Assembly (NCBI GenBank): GCA_043228905.1
Contig: JBHGNT010000009.1
Coordinates: 18,724,001-18,788,000 of the forward strand
Reading direction: 5' to 3'
Source of the DNA: Azolla caroliniana
Taxonomy: Eukaryota > Plantae > Polypodiophyta
DNA: 64,000 nucleotides
Below the pieces are notes generated by a model. The model did not search any database and had not been told where the DNA came from. It saw only the letters and a list, made by a program, of their open reading frames with translations. A program made the translations under genes and the position numbers. Numbering within the stretch: the stretch's first letter is position 1; every line of letters starts with the position of its first letter. Shown here piece after piece: positions 37,338 through 48,809 of this stretch.

Positions 37338-40300
37338 TTATTTCCACCCAAGCCTCTCGAAAAGAAGTGGGGGGTCAAAGGGTCTTGATGTGGGTTCCAA
37401 TGTAGAGAGTGCCCTAGCCATGGCTTCTAGGCGGTGTAGCTCACGTTCCCTTATTTTCAATATTGCTTCCACATCCCGTTGAGTTGCTTTGAAACCCGGC
37501 ACCCGAGGACGTTTGGTTCTTCTCTGGTTTTCTGCCTCATCAATGGAAAGGCCGAGTGGTGCAAGTGTGTCGGCATTCGTTGTCTCCTCAGGTTCCTGAA
37601 AAACTGCATTTGTTACATGTTCGTGATCATTAGCAACATTATTGTCAACATTTTGTAATTTATTCTCTCTGTGTTGTTTTAGCTCTAGAATGTATTTGCC
37701 TAATTTCTTTATATCTAGAGTATCTAATAGTTTGGGGAGGGTGGGAGACAGACCAAGTATGTCTTGGTATTTTGCCCTTATCTCGGCATAGGTTGGACAC
37801 TTGCATGTAAAGTGGTACTCATCCTCTATCTCTATGTGACATAACCTACATATCCTTTCCTCCCTAGGGACTCCACTAGTACGGCCATTTTCAATCTCAA
37901 GTTGGTGAGATGATATTCTAAGTTGTCCAATGGCAACCCTTAGTGCATGTGGTAAGAATACATCTAGATATTTTGGCCACGTGATAAAACCTAACTCAGA
38001 GAAGTGCATGAAGTGTTTCTTATAGTACGACATTTTAGATGGGAGTGGCTCTAGTGGGGTGATCCATTTACACCGAGTGTAAATTTGCCATATTTCTTGG
38101 CGTATTACTTTATTGCGGTTCTCATGAGAGATTAAGGTGTTATCACTCGTGTGGTTGTACCTAAGGGGAGGTAGGTTATTAATGTCTAGACCATTCGCAA
38201 GAAGCCAAGTCACCATCATGCCATACCATGAGCTAGTATAGCCGGACTCATACAATGATCGAGAGGCCTTAAAGGCTTGATGAGATATTCTATCATGTGG
38301 TTGGCTATGTATCCTATCAATAAAGACTACAAGTTGAAAAAGTGCCTCTACTAGCATTGGGGGTAACGTGAACTCGGCCCTAATAATGTCATGTGATACA
38401 GTCGATTTGCTTCGGAGTTGGCGTGATAGCATCATCACCAATGGTCTCTCTAATTGCGTCCACATGAAGGATGGTAATCCTAGAGCCCAAACCGTTGATG
38501 CATACATGAGGGAGGGGGTCACTAATGAGTCAAAGAGCCACCCTTTAGTCCGTGGCTCTTGAAAGTGTGCTTGGTGGCATTGTCTCTCTAGGAGTGAGAG
38601 GGATGCATGTCCTCTCGTGAGTCTATCCTTCACTGCCTGTGTCATCGAAAATTTACCTGAGCGGGCACTAAAAGTGACTCCGAGATAGACGTACGATCCA
38701 ACCACCTCGACTGGGCTATGGGAGATAGTTAGGTGACACTTAGCTCTAACTTGGGCCGATGTGTGGAAGATAAGGACTTTCGTTTTCCCTAGATTCACTA
38801 CCAATCCTTGTTGTACACAAAAGTCATCTAAGGCATTAAGGTGCCTCTGTAGGTCGTGTTCGGATTCAGAGAGCAAAACTATGTCATCCGCATAGAGCAA
38901 GATAGGAACCTGCGTATCCCCAAGGACCACTCCGATGCCTCCCTCACGAGCAATAAAATCTGTGATCTCATCAATGTAGATCCCAAAAAGCGTCGGTGAT
39001 AGGGGGCAACCTTGTTTTACACCAATAGTGCTAGTGAAATGACTGGATAGGCCACCTGGGCATCGGACACACCCGGACACTTGTTCATATAGTGCGTAGA
39101 TGGCCCATACCATATCATCTGGTATCCTCAAGCTTTTAAGTCTATCAAACAACCGATCTCTAGGGACTGTGTCAAAGGCTTTGTGGAAGTCCACAAAACA
39201 ACAATATAATCTCTTCTTGCGAGCCTTAGTTTGGTCAATTAGGTATCTAAGTGTGAAGATGTGATCAATAGTGGAGAAGGCTCGTCTAAAGCCAGCTTGT
39301 TCAGGTGCACGAAGGTTTAGGGTCTCCATGTAGTCGCTAAGCTCTGCTTCCATTACTGCACCATATAACTTAGCAAGGGTATGGCCTATCATAATGGTTC
39401 TATATGTATTTGGGTCCATGGGGTCCCCCCCTTTATGTATGGGGGCCACTGTATTCATAGTCCACTGTGGTGGAAAACCCTCCGCAAGGGCACGATTGAA
39501 GATTAGAGTTAGCAAGGGAGCTAGGCACTCTCTCGCATATATAATGTGTTCTGCTCGCAATCCTGTGTGGTCCATGGACTTCCTATGTTGTAATTTCTTT
39601 ATGACCTTCATGACCCTAGAGGTCGTGAAAAGTGTCCCCGTGGTAGGCCGGGGTGTGGAAGGCATTGGAAAAGGTGGTTGGTTTGGGATTTGGTAAAGTC
39701 TCTTTGTATATGTGTGCCAAGTTTCGGGATCTTCGATGGGTGTTTGTGGTCTTGGCTCTCGTAGTCTCTTCCATGCCGTGGCGCAATCGCTACTCATGAG
39801 CATATGGTAGAGTTCCCAGTATTGGGATGCCTCCCACGCTCGTCTCTTACGACGTGTCATCTTACGCATTTCTTTGCGAGCTTGTATGGAGGTAATACTA
39901 CCATTGAGTTGCGATACAGTAAGTTGTCTATGTAGGTCCCTACAATCCTCGTCATACCATTTATTTTGTGGCATTGATCCTGATCTACCTTGATTTGAGT
40001 GTTTTGTATATGGGAAACTGCTAGCTGCTGCGGAGTGAAGGATGTGTGTGAGTTTTGTACTAAGGCTTTCTAACGGTAGGGAGGGATCAATGGAGGGGAG
40101 ATGGGCCTGAACATGTTGAGAGTATATGTCAGAGAGCTCATGTGTGAAATGTATTGTGGTGTGATGGCATGGTTGACTAGACTTGGTGACCTTAGAGATA
40201 TCACATTTTAGCTCGAAGTATAAGAAACTATGGTCTGCGCCAATAGGGCATGGGGCCACTCGGAAGGAGTTAATCATGTGGGTAGCTTCCGGGCGCCCTA

Positions 40301-41069
40301 TTAGATAGTCAACTGTGCTTTCCCCTCCTCCATGTGGGAAACATGTGAGCTCTTCCGAGCCCGACCACTTAGCTAAACCATTATATATGACCATCTGGTG
40401 CCGACTGCCAAGTTCGAGCAGATGATGGCCAAAGCTCGTGGCGTTCGCACCTTGATCCTTTGATCTACGTGTGGTGCCTATGTCTAAAGGATCAACATTT
40501 ACCATTTCTAGGTTTCTATTCATCTGAAATACTGTGCATTGTCGGGATTGGGTTCTCGCATTGAAGTCTCCTACAAGAAATACTTCTCCTTGGGAAGAAT
40601 ATCGGATTATGTCATCCGATAGGGGTTCGTATGGAGAAGGCCCATGTGGCATTCCTTCATCGACTAATCTCGTCAAGCCACTAATATTATAACGGGATCC
40701 TTTTGGGGGAAAGTAACAAATGGCGAAAAATACTGCATGGTCTTTGCTTGTGGAGACTTTCACCCACATAAAACGAGCTTCTGGGTCTATCTTCATTATT
40801 TCTATCCTATTATGTAGCTCTCTACGAAATAGTATCGCGACACCTCCAGATCCCCTAGTAGTGTGTCGACGTGAGGTTTGTCTAAAAGCGGACTCCCAAC
40901 GGAATCCTTCGACCCGTGGGAGTCCTCTATTTGGGCTCTGATGTGTTTCTACCAAGAAAAGTATATCAGATACCTTTAGTATCTCCTCTAGGCGGCCGGG
41001 GTGTGCCCAGAGTGCGCCATTACAATTCCATAGGGTCATCCTAAGTGCATTTTCTGTCACATGGGCCAC
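37338..41069 (-). CDS. LINE ORF2: AP endonuclease, reverse transcriptase and C-terminal Cys/His domain
   Basis: 1243-aa open frame. APE motifs LWNCNG, LVET, GDFNA, TVDY, ADH; RT motifs QAGFR, FVDFHKAFD, GVKQGCPLSP, LYADD, YLG; C-terminal CRLC...EDEYHFTCKC. Confidence 0.95.
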   Translation of the reverse strand: MAHVTENALRMTLWNCNGALWAHPGRLEEILKVSDILFLVETHQSPNRGLPRVEGFRWESAFRQTSRRHTTRGSGGVAILFRRELHNRIEIMKIDPEARFMWVKVSTSKDHAVFFAICYFPPKGSRYNISGLTRLVDEGMPHGPSPYEPLSDDIIRYSSQGEVFLVGDFNARTQSRQCTVFQMNRNLEMVNVDPLDIGTTRRSKDQGANATSFGHHLLELGSRHQMVIYNGLAKWSGSEELTCFPHGGGESTVDYLIGRPEATHMINSFRVAPCPIGADHSFLYFELKCDISKVTKSSQPCHHTTIHFTHELSDIYSQHVQAHLPSIDPSLPLESLSTKLTHILHSAAASSFPYTKHSNQGRSGSMPQNKWYDEDCRDLHRQLTVSQLNGSITSIQARKEMRKMTRRKRRAWEASQYWELYHMLMSSDCATAWKRLREPRPQTPIEDPETWHTYTKRLYQIPNQPPFPMPSTPRPTTGTLFTTSRVMKVIKKLQHRKSMDHTGLRAEHIIYARECLAPLLTLIFNRALAEGFPPQWTMNTVAPIHKGGDPMDPNTYRTIMIGHTLAKLYGAVMEAELSDYMETLNLRAPEQAGFRRAFSTIDHIFTLRYLIDQTKARKKRLYCCFVDFHKAFDTVPRDRLFDRLKSLRIPDDMVWAIYALYEQVSGCVRCPGGLSSHFTSTIGVKQGCPLSPTLFGIYIDEITDFIAREGGIGVVLGDTQVPILLYADDIVLLSESEHDLQRHLNALDDFCVQQGLVVNLGKTKVLIFHTSAQVRAKCHLTISHSPVEVVGSYVYLGVTFSARSGKFSMTQAVKDRLTRGHASLSLLERQCHQAHFQEPRTKGWLFDSLVTPSLMYASTVWALGLPSFMWTQLERPLVMMLSRQLRSKSTVSHDIIRAEFTLPPMLVEALFQLVVFIDRIHSQPHDRISHQAFKASRSLYESGYTSSWYGMMVTWLLANGLDINNLPPLRYNHTSDNTLISHENRNKVIRQEIWQIYTRCKWITPLEPLPSKMSYYKKHFMHFSELGFITWPKYLDVFLPHALRVAIGQLRISSHQLEIENGRTSGVPREERICRLCHIEIEDEYHFTCKCPTYAEIRAKYQDILGLSPTLPKLLDTLDIKKLGKYILELKQHRENKLQNVDNNVANDHEHVTNAVFQEPEETTNADTLAPLGLSIDEAENQRRTKRPRVPGFKATQRDVEAILKIRERELHRLEAMARALSTLEPTSRPFDPPLLFERLGWK

Positions 41070-41075
41070 ACGCCG

Positions 41076-41888
41076 TCAGTTAGTAGTGCGATCATTTATG
41101 ATCACTCGCCCGTCTCGGTAAAAGGCGCGATGGCCTTCTTTACGAGCTTGCATAACTCGTGGCATACAACTCTTGCGATGCTCAATTTGCATCTTAGTGA
41201 GGTCTTCATCGAGATAGATGGGGTCCCCATCCATTCCTCGAAGGATTGGTCTCTTCTTCAAAAAAGTGATTCTAGAGTCTAAGTCTTTAAATTGAAGGAC
41301 TAAGGCTCTCTTCCTAGTTGTGTCACGCCCGGCCCTCCATGCTTTGGTGATAGGTAGGTCCTCTGTGTACCCTAACATTTTCCCAAGTGTCTCTGCGTCC
41401 TCATTTGGGGATGCACCTTCCTTGAGCCCAGTGACACGTACATTTAAGCGTGGGGCCTGACGCATTTTCTCTTCTTCAAGGGTGGTATTAACAATATTTT
41501 CATCTTTTATTTCTTTTTTAATGTTTCTTTTAACCACATCTACCCAACCCGTTTTAGCTAACTCTATGTTATTATTAACTTCCTCTTTAACTTTTTTAAT
41601 TTCGTCCTTTATATCCTCTATAGAGGATATTTCACCGTCTTCTCGAGATACCTCGATGTCCTTAAGTTGTTTTTTAAGGTCGATGTTTTCTACTTTAAGT
41701 TGTTCTATTTCGGCCTTGAGGGCGTCTTTTTCCTCTCTATCTTTTTTCTTGTGGGTTTCGGTGTCTTTCACCCATTTTTTCATATCCATCTCTATTTTTG
41801 TTAAACGATTAAACATATCTAAAAAATCCTCCTTACTTATAGCCTCGTCTTGTATATCCTTAAGTTCCTTAGTCCGTCTAGACGTCAT
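41076..41888 (-). CDS. LINE ORF1 (coiled coil plus RRM/CTD-like nucleic-acid chaperone), likely start MTSRRTKEL
   Basis: 270-aa open frame; heptad-rich N-half; motifs RLNVRVTGLKE, RALVLQF, IYLDEDLT and AFYRDGRVIIN typical of LINE ORF1. Confidence 0.85.
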   Translation of the reverse strand: MTSRRTKELKDIQDEAISKEDFLDMFNRLTKIEMDMKKWVKDTETHKKKDREEKDALKAEIEQLKVENIDLKKQLKDIEVSREDGEISSIEDIKDEIKKVKEEVNNNIELAKTGWVDVVKRNIKKEIKDENIVNTTLEEEKMRQAPRLNVRVTGLKEGASPNEDAETLGKMLGYTEDLPITKAWRAGRDTTRKRALVLQFKDLDSRITFLKKRPILRGMDGDPIYLDEDLTKMQIEHRKSCMPRVMQARKEGHRAFYRDGRVIINDRTTN

Positions 41889-44668
41889 TGTGGTGTCAAT
41901 AAGAAAAAAAAGGTAAAATAAATGGGTTCGAGACTTAGCCGAGTTTGTGTGTGTGTCGCAATCACATCGGCATTTTGTAGCACGCGACGAGCACACCAAA
42001 AGAACCCCCCCCACGAACTCGTCAAGAAAAAGGCACTTCACCACATCAAGAGAAAACGGAGAAGAAAACACCCCGTGACGGCGACGGTGACGGTGGCAGT
42101 CGTCAAACGACGGTAGACGACGGCAGCAGACGGCCGACGGCGGCAACAGACGGCAGAAGACAGTAGACGACTGCAGACTGTAGAAGACGGCTGCAGACGG
42201 TGGCAGACGGCGACGGCGACGACACTAGCCGGCCACAGAGAGAGACGAGGAAGCGAGCGAGAGAGAGAGAGAGAGAGCAGACGGCGACGGTTGCAGTGGC
42301 TGCAGACAATGGTTGCAGACAACGACGACGACAGCGACAGCAACGCAACGGCAGAGAGAGCCGTTAGAGCAACGCAACGCCTAGCGAGAGGGGGAGAGAG
42401 AGAGAGAGAGAGAGGGTTTAGGTTTTAGTGCATCTCACAACTCTCACAAGTCGTCACAAAATGATGCACGTCCCGGTATAACCCCAGCCACCAATACTTA
42501 CCCTTGAGCTTCTCGAACGTAGCCCACGTCCCGCGGTGTCCTGCCCAAGGACTGTCGTGATACGCCATAAGCAACGCTTTTTGCTCGTCTTCCCTCGTCA
42601 CGACGCGGAGTGGGGTGCCGCTATGCTTCTTTGGATGCCTCCATATGCATCCTCCTCGTAGGAAGAACCGGTACGCCTTCTTCCGCACCCGATTGGCCTC
42701 TTCTCTAGTCCACGCCATGTCCGGCGTCATTGTCCGTAGGAACCTTCCTATTTGGAGCCACTCCCCGTCGTATTCGCTCTCGTCGAACTCGTTAAGCGCC
42801 GGAGTGTTCCCTGCCCTAGTTTCCACGTTAGTTGACCCGAAGAAGTCCTCGCCGACTTCTTCGTTATCCCAAACCATGCTGTCCTCGTCGCTGAACCGTG
42901 CCCTTGAAAGCATATCGGCCATGGCATTATCCTTCCCGGAGATGTGCTGTATCTCCGGGTTCAGGGACTTGATGTATGCGATCCACCTGAGGATCGCCAG
43001 GTCTGGAGTCGCGCATCCAGAAACCATACCCAAAATCGGTAGGCAGTCTGTCTCAATGATCACTTCCGTCCCGATCAGATAGTCCTTGTCGGCCTTGACT
43101 GTCGAAACGATACCCCATAGCTCGCGCTTAATTTGGGCATATCCTCACTGCTGCTCGCTCAATACCTTTGCCCCGAACCGAAACGAGAACCGTACGCCAT
43201 CCTTGTCTTCCTGATTGATCACCCACCCGATCCCGGCCGGGCTCGTGTCCACCGTCACATAAATGGGAACTTCCTTAACGTAAACCGCTTTCCAGAGAGC
43301 CGGTGTCACGGCGGGCACCTCCTTCAGTCTCCAGACCGACTCCGTGTGCTCCGTCCTCCATTGGAACCGGCACCCTTTCTTTAATAATCTGTAAAGCGGT
43401 TCCACGACATGCGCGTAGTGCAGAATCCAAATGTGATAGAACACACATGCCCCCAGGATCCTTCGGACCTCCGTAACCGACCCGCAATCATCCTTCATCA
43501 CGGAGATGGCTTCTACCTTTTCCGGGGACGGCTTCCGGCCGTAAGGCCCGCACAGGTGTCAGATTACCAGGATCTCCGACTGTCCGAAGGCTGATTTTTC
43601 TCCGGAGAAGGTGAGTCGCGCTCTCTCGAGCCTTTATTGCACCTTCTCGCAGTCACGGATGTGATCCATCATGAACCTCCGGCAACCGTCGGGCCCGACC
43701 AACTTGTCCTTGTCCTCCATCGGACATCCTTTGGTCGGGATGTCGGCCAGAAACGGCATGATGATTTCGGGAATGCAGTCTCTCAACACCTTGTTCATCG
43801 CATTCATGATGTACGCCACCGAGTTCGTTCCCCCTTGTGGTAGGGTACACATCCGAACTAGGCCGAGAGGAGTCTGCATCGTCATGACATCCTTGCTCTC
43901 TACGACTAGTTGGAACTGATCGTACCCTGAGTACAGATCCCCGACCGAGTCGATCGACTTCCCTGCGAAGGCCTCCGTCAACTCATCAATGGTCGGTCTG
44001 ATACCTGCGTTTCGAATGGTCATCTTGTTGACTGGTTGCAGGTCTTGTATGAAGCGTAGTGTGTTGTTCTTTGGCACGGTAAACCACTGGTTCGAATATG
44101 GGGCACTTGATGGTTCGAGGATGCCCACATCCACCTTCTATTTCATCAACTCCATCAGCTCCAGAATGTGAGCTCTAGGCACCGGAATCAGTTAGAGATT
44201 CCAGAGTGTCATGAAGATCCGTCACTACGCACGGATCGTGAGGCGGAACCGCCGGGGTTCTGGACCGGAAGAATTCAAAGTCAGTACAAGCTTTGGCGCA
44301 AGCTTTAGCGAGAAAGTACATAAGATAGATTGGGAAAGAGAGAAGTTGAGATTAAACGATTGAGAGCGATTGATTGAACTTTTATCTTTGGATTTAAGAA
44401 ACAAGTTACACGATCAATTTGATAACAAATTTCTTCTTCTTAATTTCATAACCAAAAAAAACGTGTTTTTTCTCCTCCCCCTTCCTTCTTTTATAGATGC
44501 TCTCATGCATATGACGCATGTGAGGGTACAAGACATGCATAAAATGCACGTTTGCCATTTGGCGCTCATGTATTACATGTGGTGCATGATAACCATGTCA
44601 CTCATTTTAGCTCTCATGTATGAGAATTTACATGTAAAAGTACAATGATAGAAATATAAATTCAACTA

Positions 44669-44742
44669 AATGGCATGGCTTAATGGTAAGCCAATTGACT
44701 CCTAACTCGGAGGTGCAAGGTTTGAATCCTTACTTGCCTTCC
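44669..44742 (+). promoter_or_regulatory. tRNA-like Pol III A/B-box module inside LTR U3 (also at 51529-51607 +, 10039-10112 +, 31252-31325 -)
   Basis: A-box TGGCTTAATGG at 44676 and B-box GGTTTGAATCC at 44719 (43-nt spacing); D-arm GCTT/AAGC, CTCCTAA loop, GGAGGT variable loop, T-arm AAGG/CCTT. Confidence 0.7.
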
Positions 44743-45367
44743 TTGTATATATATATATGTTTATATATTTATTTATCTAGTCACCGGACGCCGGTTCGTC
44801 GGATGTCGTCGTCTCACCGGCGCCGGATGCCGTCGGTTATCGATGCCTCGCCGGATGCCGTCACCGGATTCCAGTGTCTCACTAGCGCCGGATCACCGGC
44901 TCCATCGTTGGTCCGGTTTTGGTTGGCCAAAACCCTTTACGAGTAGCTAGCCCACCTCCACTCTTACTCTCTATGCTCCACACATAGACACAAAGATAAT
45001 ATCTTTTGCTCTACCTTATATATGATGAGAGTCGTATTTGTCGTGCCTATGTGGGATATCTCACAATTTTCTCTTTTCCTTTCACAAACTTTATACCCTC
45101 ATATCTTGACATTTAGTTGTCCGTTGCTCGTGTAATAAAGTGCATTCGAAACCTCCATCATTTTGTACTTAGACATTAAATTTATTTAAAATGTTATCTT
45201 CACAATTATTGTATTATGTGATTCATACTCGATTTTGTACGTTTTATGGGATTTTCACACTATTGCCGAAAATCTTCACGACATCCACCCCCACCAAACC
45301 GCACGTCCTTCGGTACGTGCCAAGAAGAGAGAAAGTGAGATTTCGGCTACGGTGATCAATTAGATTC

Positions 45368-48300
45368 CTACATGTCTTCATTTACATCCACCCTATTATG
45401 TTCATCGTCGAGGTAATCGAGGTCAAGATCCTTGTCTTGTCTTTTCTTGAAAATCTTTACTCTTTTTCCCGCAATGGGTACGGCCAACCTTGATCCGTCT
45501 AGTTCCGCAAGGTGGTATGTAGCATTATCGTTGGCACTTGTCACCACATACGGCCCAAACCATCTTCTTGCGAACTTCTTTGTTGTACTGTGTTGATTGT
45601 CAAGGGTGTTGTCGTAAACCAAAACCCAATCTCCTTCTTCAATCTTCTTGGGACGAAGTTGATGCATGTTGTCGAACCGAACTTTGTTCTTTACTCGGGC
45701 TGCATCCATCATCTTTCGCGCTTTTTCTAAATCTTCAGGTCTTCTTTCAAGTTGCCTTATCCGCGCCGCTAATAACTCTTCTCGGCTCATCTCGTTCTCC
45801 CACGGCATCGCTACCCATGAGGCGATCGTCCTTTCGATGGGCATAATTGGCTTTTGTCCATACATAAGCTCCGTCAGCATATACCCTGTCACCGAGCTAT
45901 GTGTCGTTCTATCGGCCCACAAGGCATAGGGTAATAGTCGTGGCCAATTCCCGACTCGACCGTTGCATGCCCGTACGATGGCTTTATCGATAGGTCCATG
46001 CCCTCGCTCGATCTTCCCATTCGCTTCCAGATTGTAGGCAATCGTGAGGGAGAGCTTCACGCCTAGTCTTTCGAAGAGCTCCGTCGCTTCGTGCGCATCC
46101 AACTCCCCTCGGTCGGCCACTATCTTCCCTACACATCCATATCGGCAAACAACCTCTTCAAGCAGAAATTTGCAAACTGTTGAAGTCGTCTTATTTGTCA
46201 AGGCTCGTCCTTCCACTTGATTTGTCAAGTCTTCCCTTGCCAGCGCTAAGTACTTCATTTGTCCCACTCCCATTGGCATCGAGACCAGATCCACCATCCA
46301 TTTGAAGTGTATAGTGAGTGGGTATGTCGGCTGTAACTCATCACGATGACGTATATTTGAATATATTTGGCAAGTTTCGCATGTGGACACGAAATGGAGT
46401 ACATCTTTGTACATGCTTGGCCACCAGTACTTCTCCTTCAACTTTTCGAACGTCGCCCATGTTCCTCTATAACCTGCCCAAGCACTCTCGTGGAATTCGG
46501 TCATCAGCGTCTCTTGCTCTTCTTTCTTTACCACCACTTGACGTGGTATTCCTGTCCTTCTTTTTGGATGTCGCCAAAGGAATCCTCCCTTCAAGAAGTA
46601 TTGGTAAGCTTTCTTTCGGATTCGTAGGGCCTCCTCCTTTGTCAACGAAGCATCTGTCGTCAATGTTCTTAGGAATCTACCGATCAGTAACCACTCTCCT
46701 TCGTACTCGTTCTTGTTGAAGGCGTGGAGGGTTTGCGTGTCCTGGTCTTCCGCCGACAATCGAGCCATCTTGAAGAAGTCGAGGGCGACATCTTCATCTT
46801 CCGAAACCATGTTACTTCCATTTGAAAATCTTGCCCTTGATAGCATGTCAGCCATGGCGTTCTTCTTCCCTGCAATGTGACGGATCTCTGGGTTTAAAGA
46901 CTTGATGTAGGCGATCCACCTTAGCATAGCAAGATCTGGGGTCGCACATCCCGAGACCATTCCAAGAATTGGGAGACAATCTGTCTCTATTATCACTTCT
47001 GACCCGATCAGGTAATCTTTGTCCATCTTCACTACCGACACAATACCCCAAAGTTCACGTTTGACTTGGGCATATCTTTGTTGCCGTTCGCTAAGAACCT
47101 TTGCTCCAAACCGGACGGCATATCGCGCATTATCATAACCTTCTTGATTGATGACCCACCCGATTCCGGTTGGGCTCGTATCTACGGTCACGTAAATTGG
47201 TTTCCCTTCGGCATAGTTGGCCTTCCTTAGTGCCGGAGCTTCAAGAAGCAGTTTCTTTAATCTTCGCATCGCATTTGTGTGCTCGTCTCGCCATTCGAAC
47301 TTCATTCTTTTCTTTAGTAGTCCATATAATGGTTCGGCGACATGAGCGTAGTGAGGAATCCATATATGATAAAACGCGCACGCTCCGTTTGGTTTTCGCA
47401 TTCTTCTTTCATGTCTTGGATTGCGTTCACTTTGGATGGCGAGGGCTTCCGGCCGTATGCTCCACACAAGTGACCTACCACCAAGATCTCTGGTTGCCCG
47501 AATGCGGATTTTTCTCCCGAAAATGTCAAATTCGCATCTTCGAGCCTTTGAAGCACCTTTCATATGATCCACAACGAACTTTCTACAACCTTCCTCATCT
47601 TTCGATTCATCTTTCTCCTCATCCAAACATCCTTTTATCGGAATATCATCCAAGAATGGCATCGTGATGTCCGGGATGCAATCCTTCAAGACTTTATTCA
47701 TGGCATTCACCATATGAGCCACCGAGTTCGTTGCGCCTTGGGGTAAGGTACACATCTGCACAAGCCCGATCGGAGTCCTCATGGTTGTAATGTCCCGACT
47801 GTCGATCGCCAATTGGAATTGGTCATATCCGGAGTAGAGATCGCCAATGGAGTAGATGGACCGGCCCGCAAACGCTTCAGCAAATTCGTCCATGCTCGGA
47901 CCGATTCCGGCATTTCGAATTGTCACCTTGTTGACGGGTTGAAGATCTTGGATGAATCGCAATGATCCATTCTTCTTCGGCACCGTGAACCACCTATTGG
48001 AATAAGGAGCATTCGACGGTTCTAGAATTCCCATACTCACCCTCTCCTTTAAGAGCTCGATCAGCTTTGGAAGGTGTGCTCTCGGAACCGGTATCGGTTT
48101 CAAATTCCAAGGCAAATGAGGCACCGTGAAGATCACCATCGGCTCTATAACCTTTGGGTCGGCGCATCCGATTTCTCGTGGGAAGAATGCGAAAGCCTTC
48201 CCATGTCTCTCAAGCATATCGCGAAACATTCGCTCCTCTTCAGGGAGAAGGAAATCCTCCTTTCCAACTCGTAGCTTCCCCTTCGTCTCTTTGGTGAAGA

Positions 48301-48601
48301 CGTGACCTATCTTCTTCGGATCTCTTATGCTTGGATCGTTAGCAACTTCCTTCATCTTTTGCCAGCTATCTTCTGGTAGCGGAACCGCAACTAGCTTGAT
48401 CTTCTTATCCACCGTTTTATATTTCATGTTGATGTCAGCTTCCTTCATCGAGATGCCACGACGGTATTCATCGATGATAGCGTACATGTTGACGGAGTTA
48501 ACCGAAATCACGTGTTGATTGTGAAGATAGCTCAAGTCCACGACGTCCTCGATTTCGCCGATGGTGTCGTTAAATGAGGCTTCTTCCATAATATGAGTCA
48601 C
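45368..48601 (-). pseudogene. Gypsy C pol: RT (FLDD), RNase H, integrase (GPY/F, no chromodomain)
   Basis: Motifs LRFIQDLQPVN, DLYSGYDQ, PFLDD, TVDTSP, ETDC, KWMVDL, VADRG and WFGPY. Compensating frameshifts scramble part of RT (correct frame is ORF 47314-47556). Confidence 0.9.
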
Positions 48602-48809
48602 GAAATCTCCTTCTTCTAGATGTTCTCTTCTTTCAGCATCTTCTCGAATTCTTGTATCCGGCGCTTGTGCTTCTTGTCGGGTAGTACTAGTTTACATGTG
48701 CCACTAGGTGTGACACATGTTGCTTCTCCTCGCAATCCACGCACTCTTCTTTCTTGTGGGGTCTTGTGATTGCTCAGACTATTTGTGCCCCATGCTTCAA
48801 TAGTCCGCT

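Larger units (their letters stand above)
37131..42426 (-). mobile_element. Apparently full-length intact LINE (RTE-X/L2-like, clade tentative) with (TTTC)n tail
   Basis: Interrupts B integrase at CESCEMH|STVRHRDE; 5' end aaaacctaaaccct(ct)n; two uninterrupted ORFs; tail 37131-37153. Confidence 0.92.

Noticed and set aside
41889-42146. N-terminal extension of LINE ORF1 in the ORF track
   Set aside because: It starts at a non-ATG codon and translates microsatellite-like 5' UTR; ATG 41888 fits better.
44669-44742. Functional tRNA gene
   Set aside because: There is no good acceptor stem and only a weak anticodon stem, so it is reported as tRNA-like only.
45368-48601. 1077-aa pol ORF suggesting an active element C
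   Set aside because: Compensating frameshifts scramble part of RT (KGASKARRCEFD...), gag is frameshifted, and a 1-nt indel breaks the link from the frameshift site.
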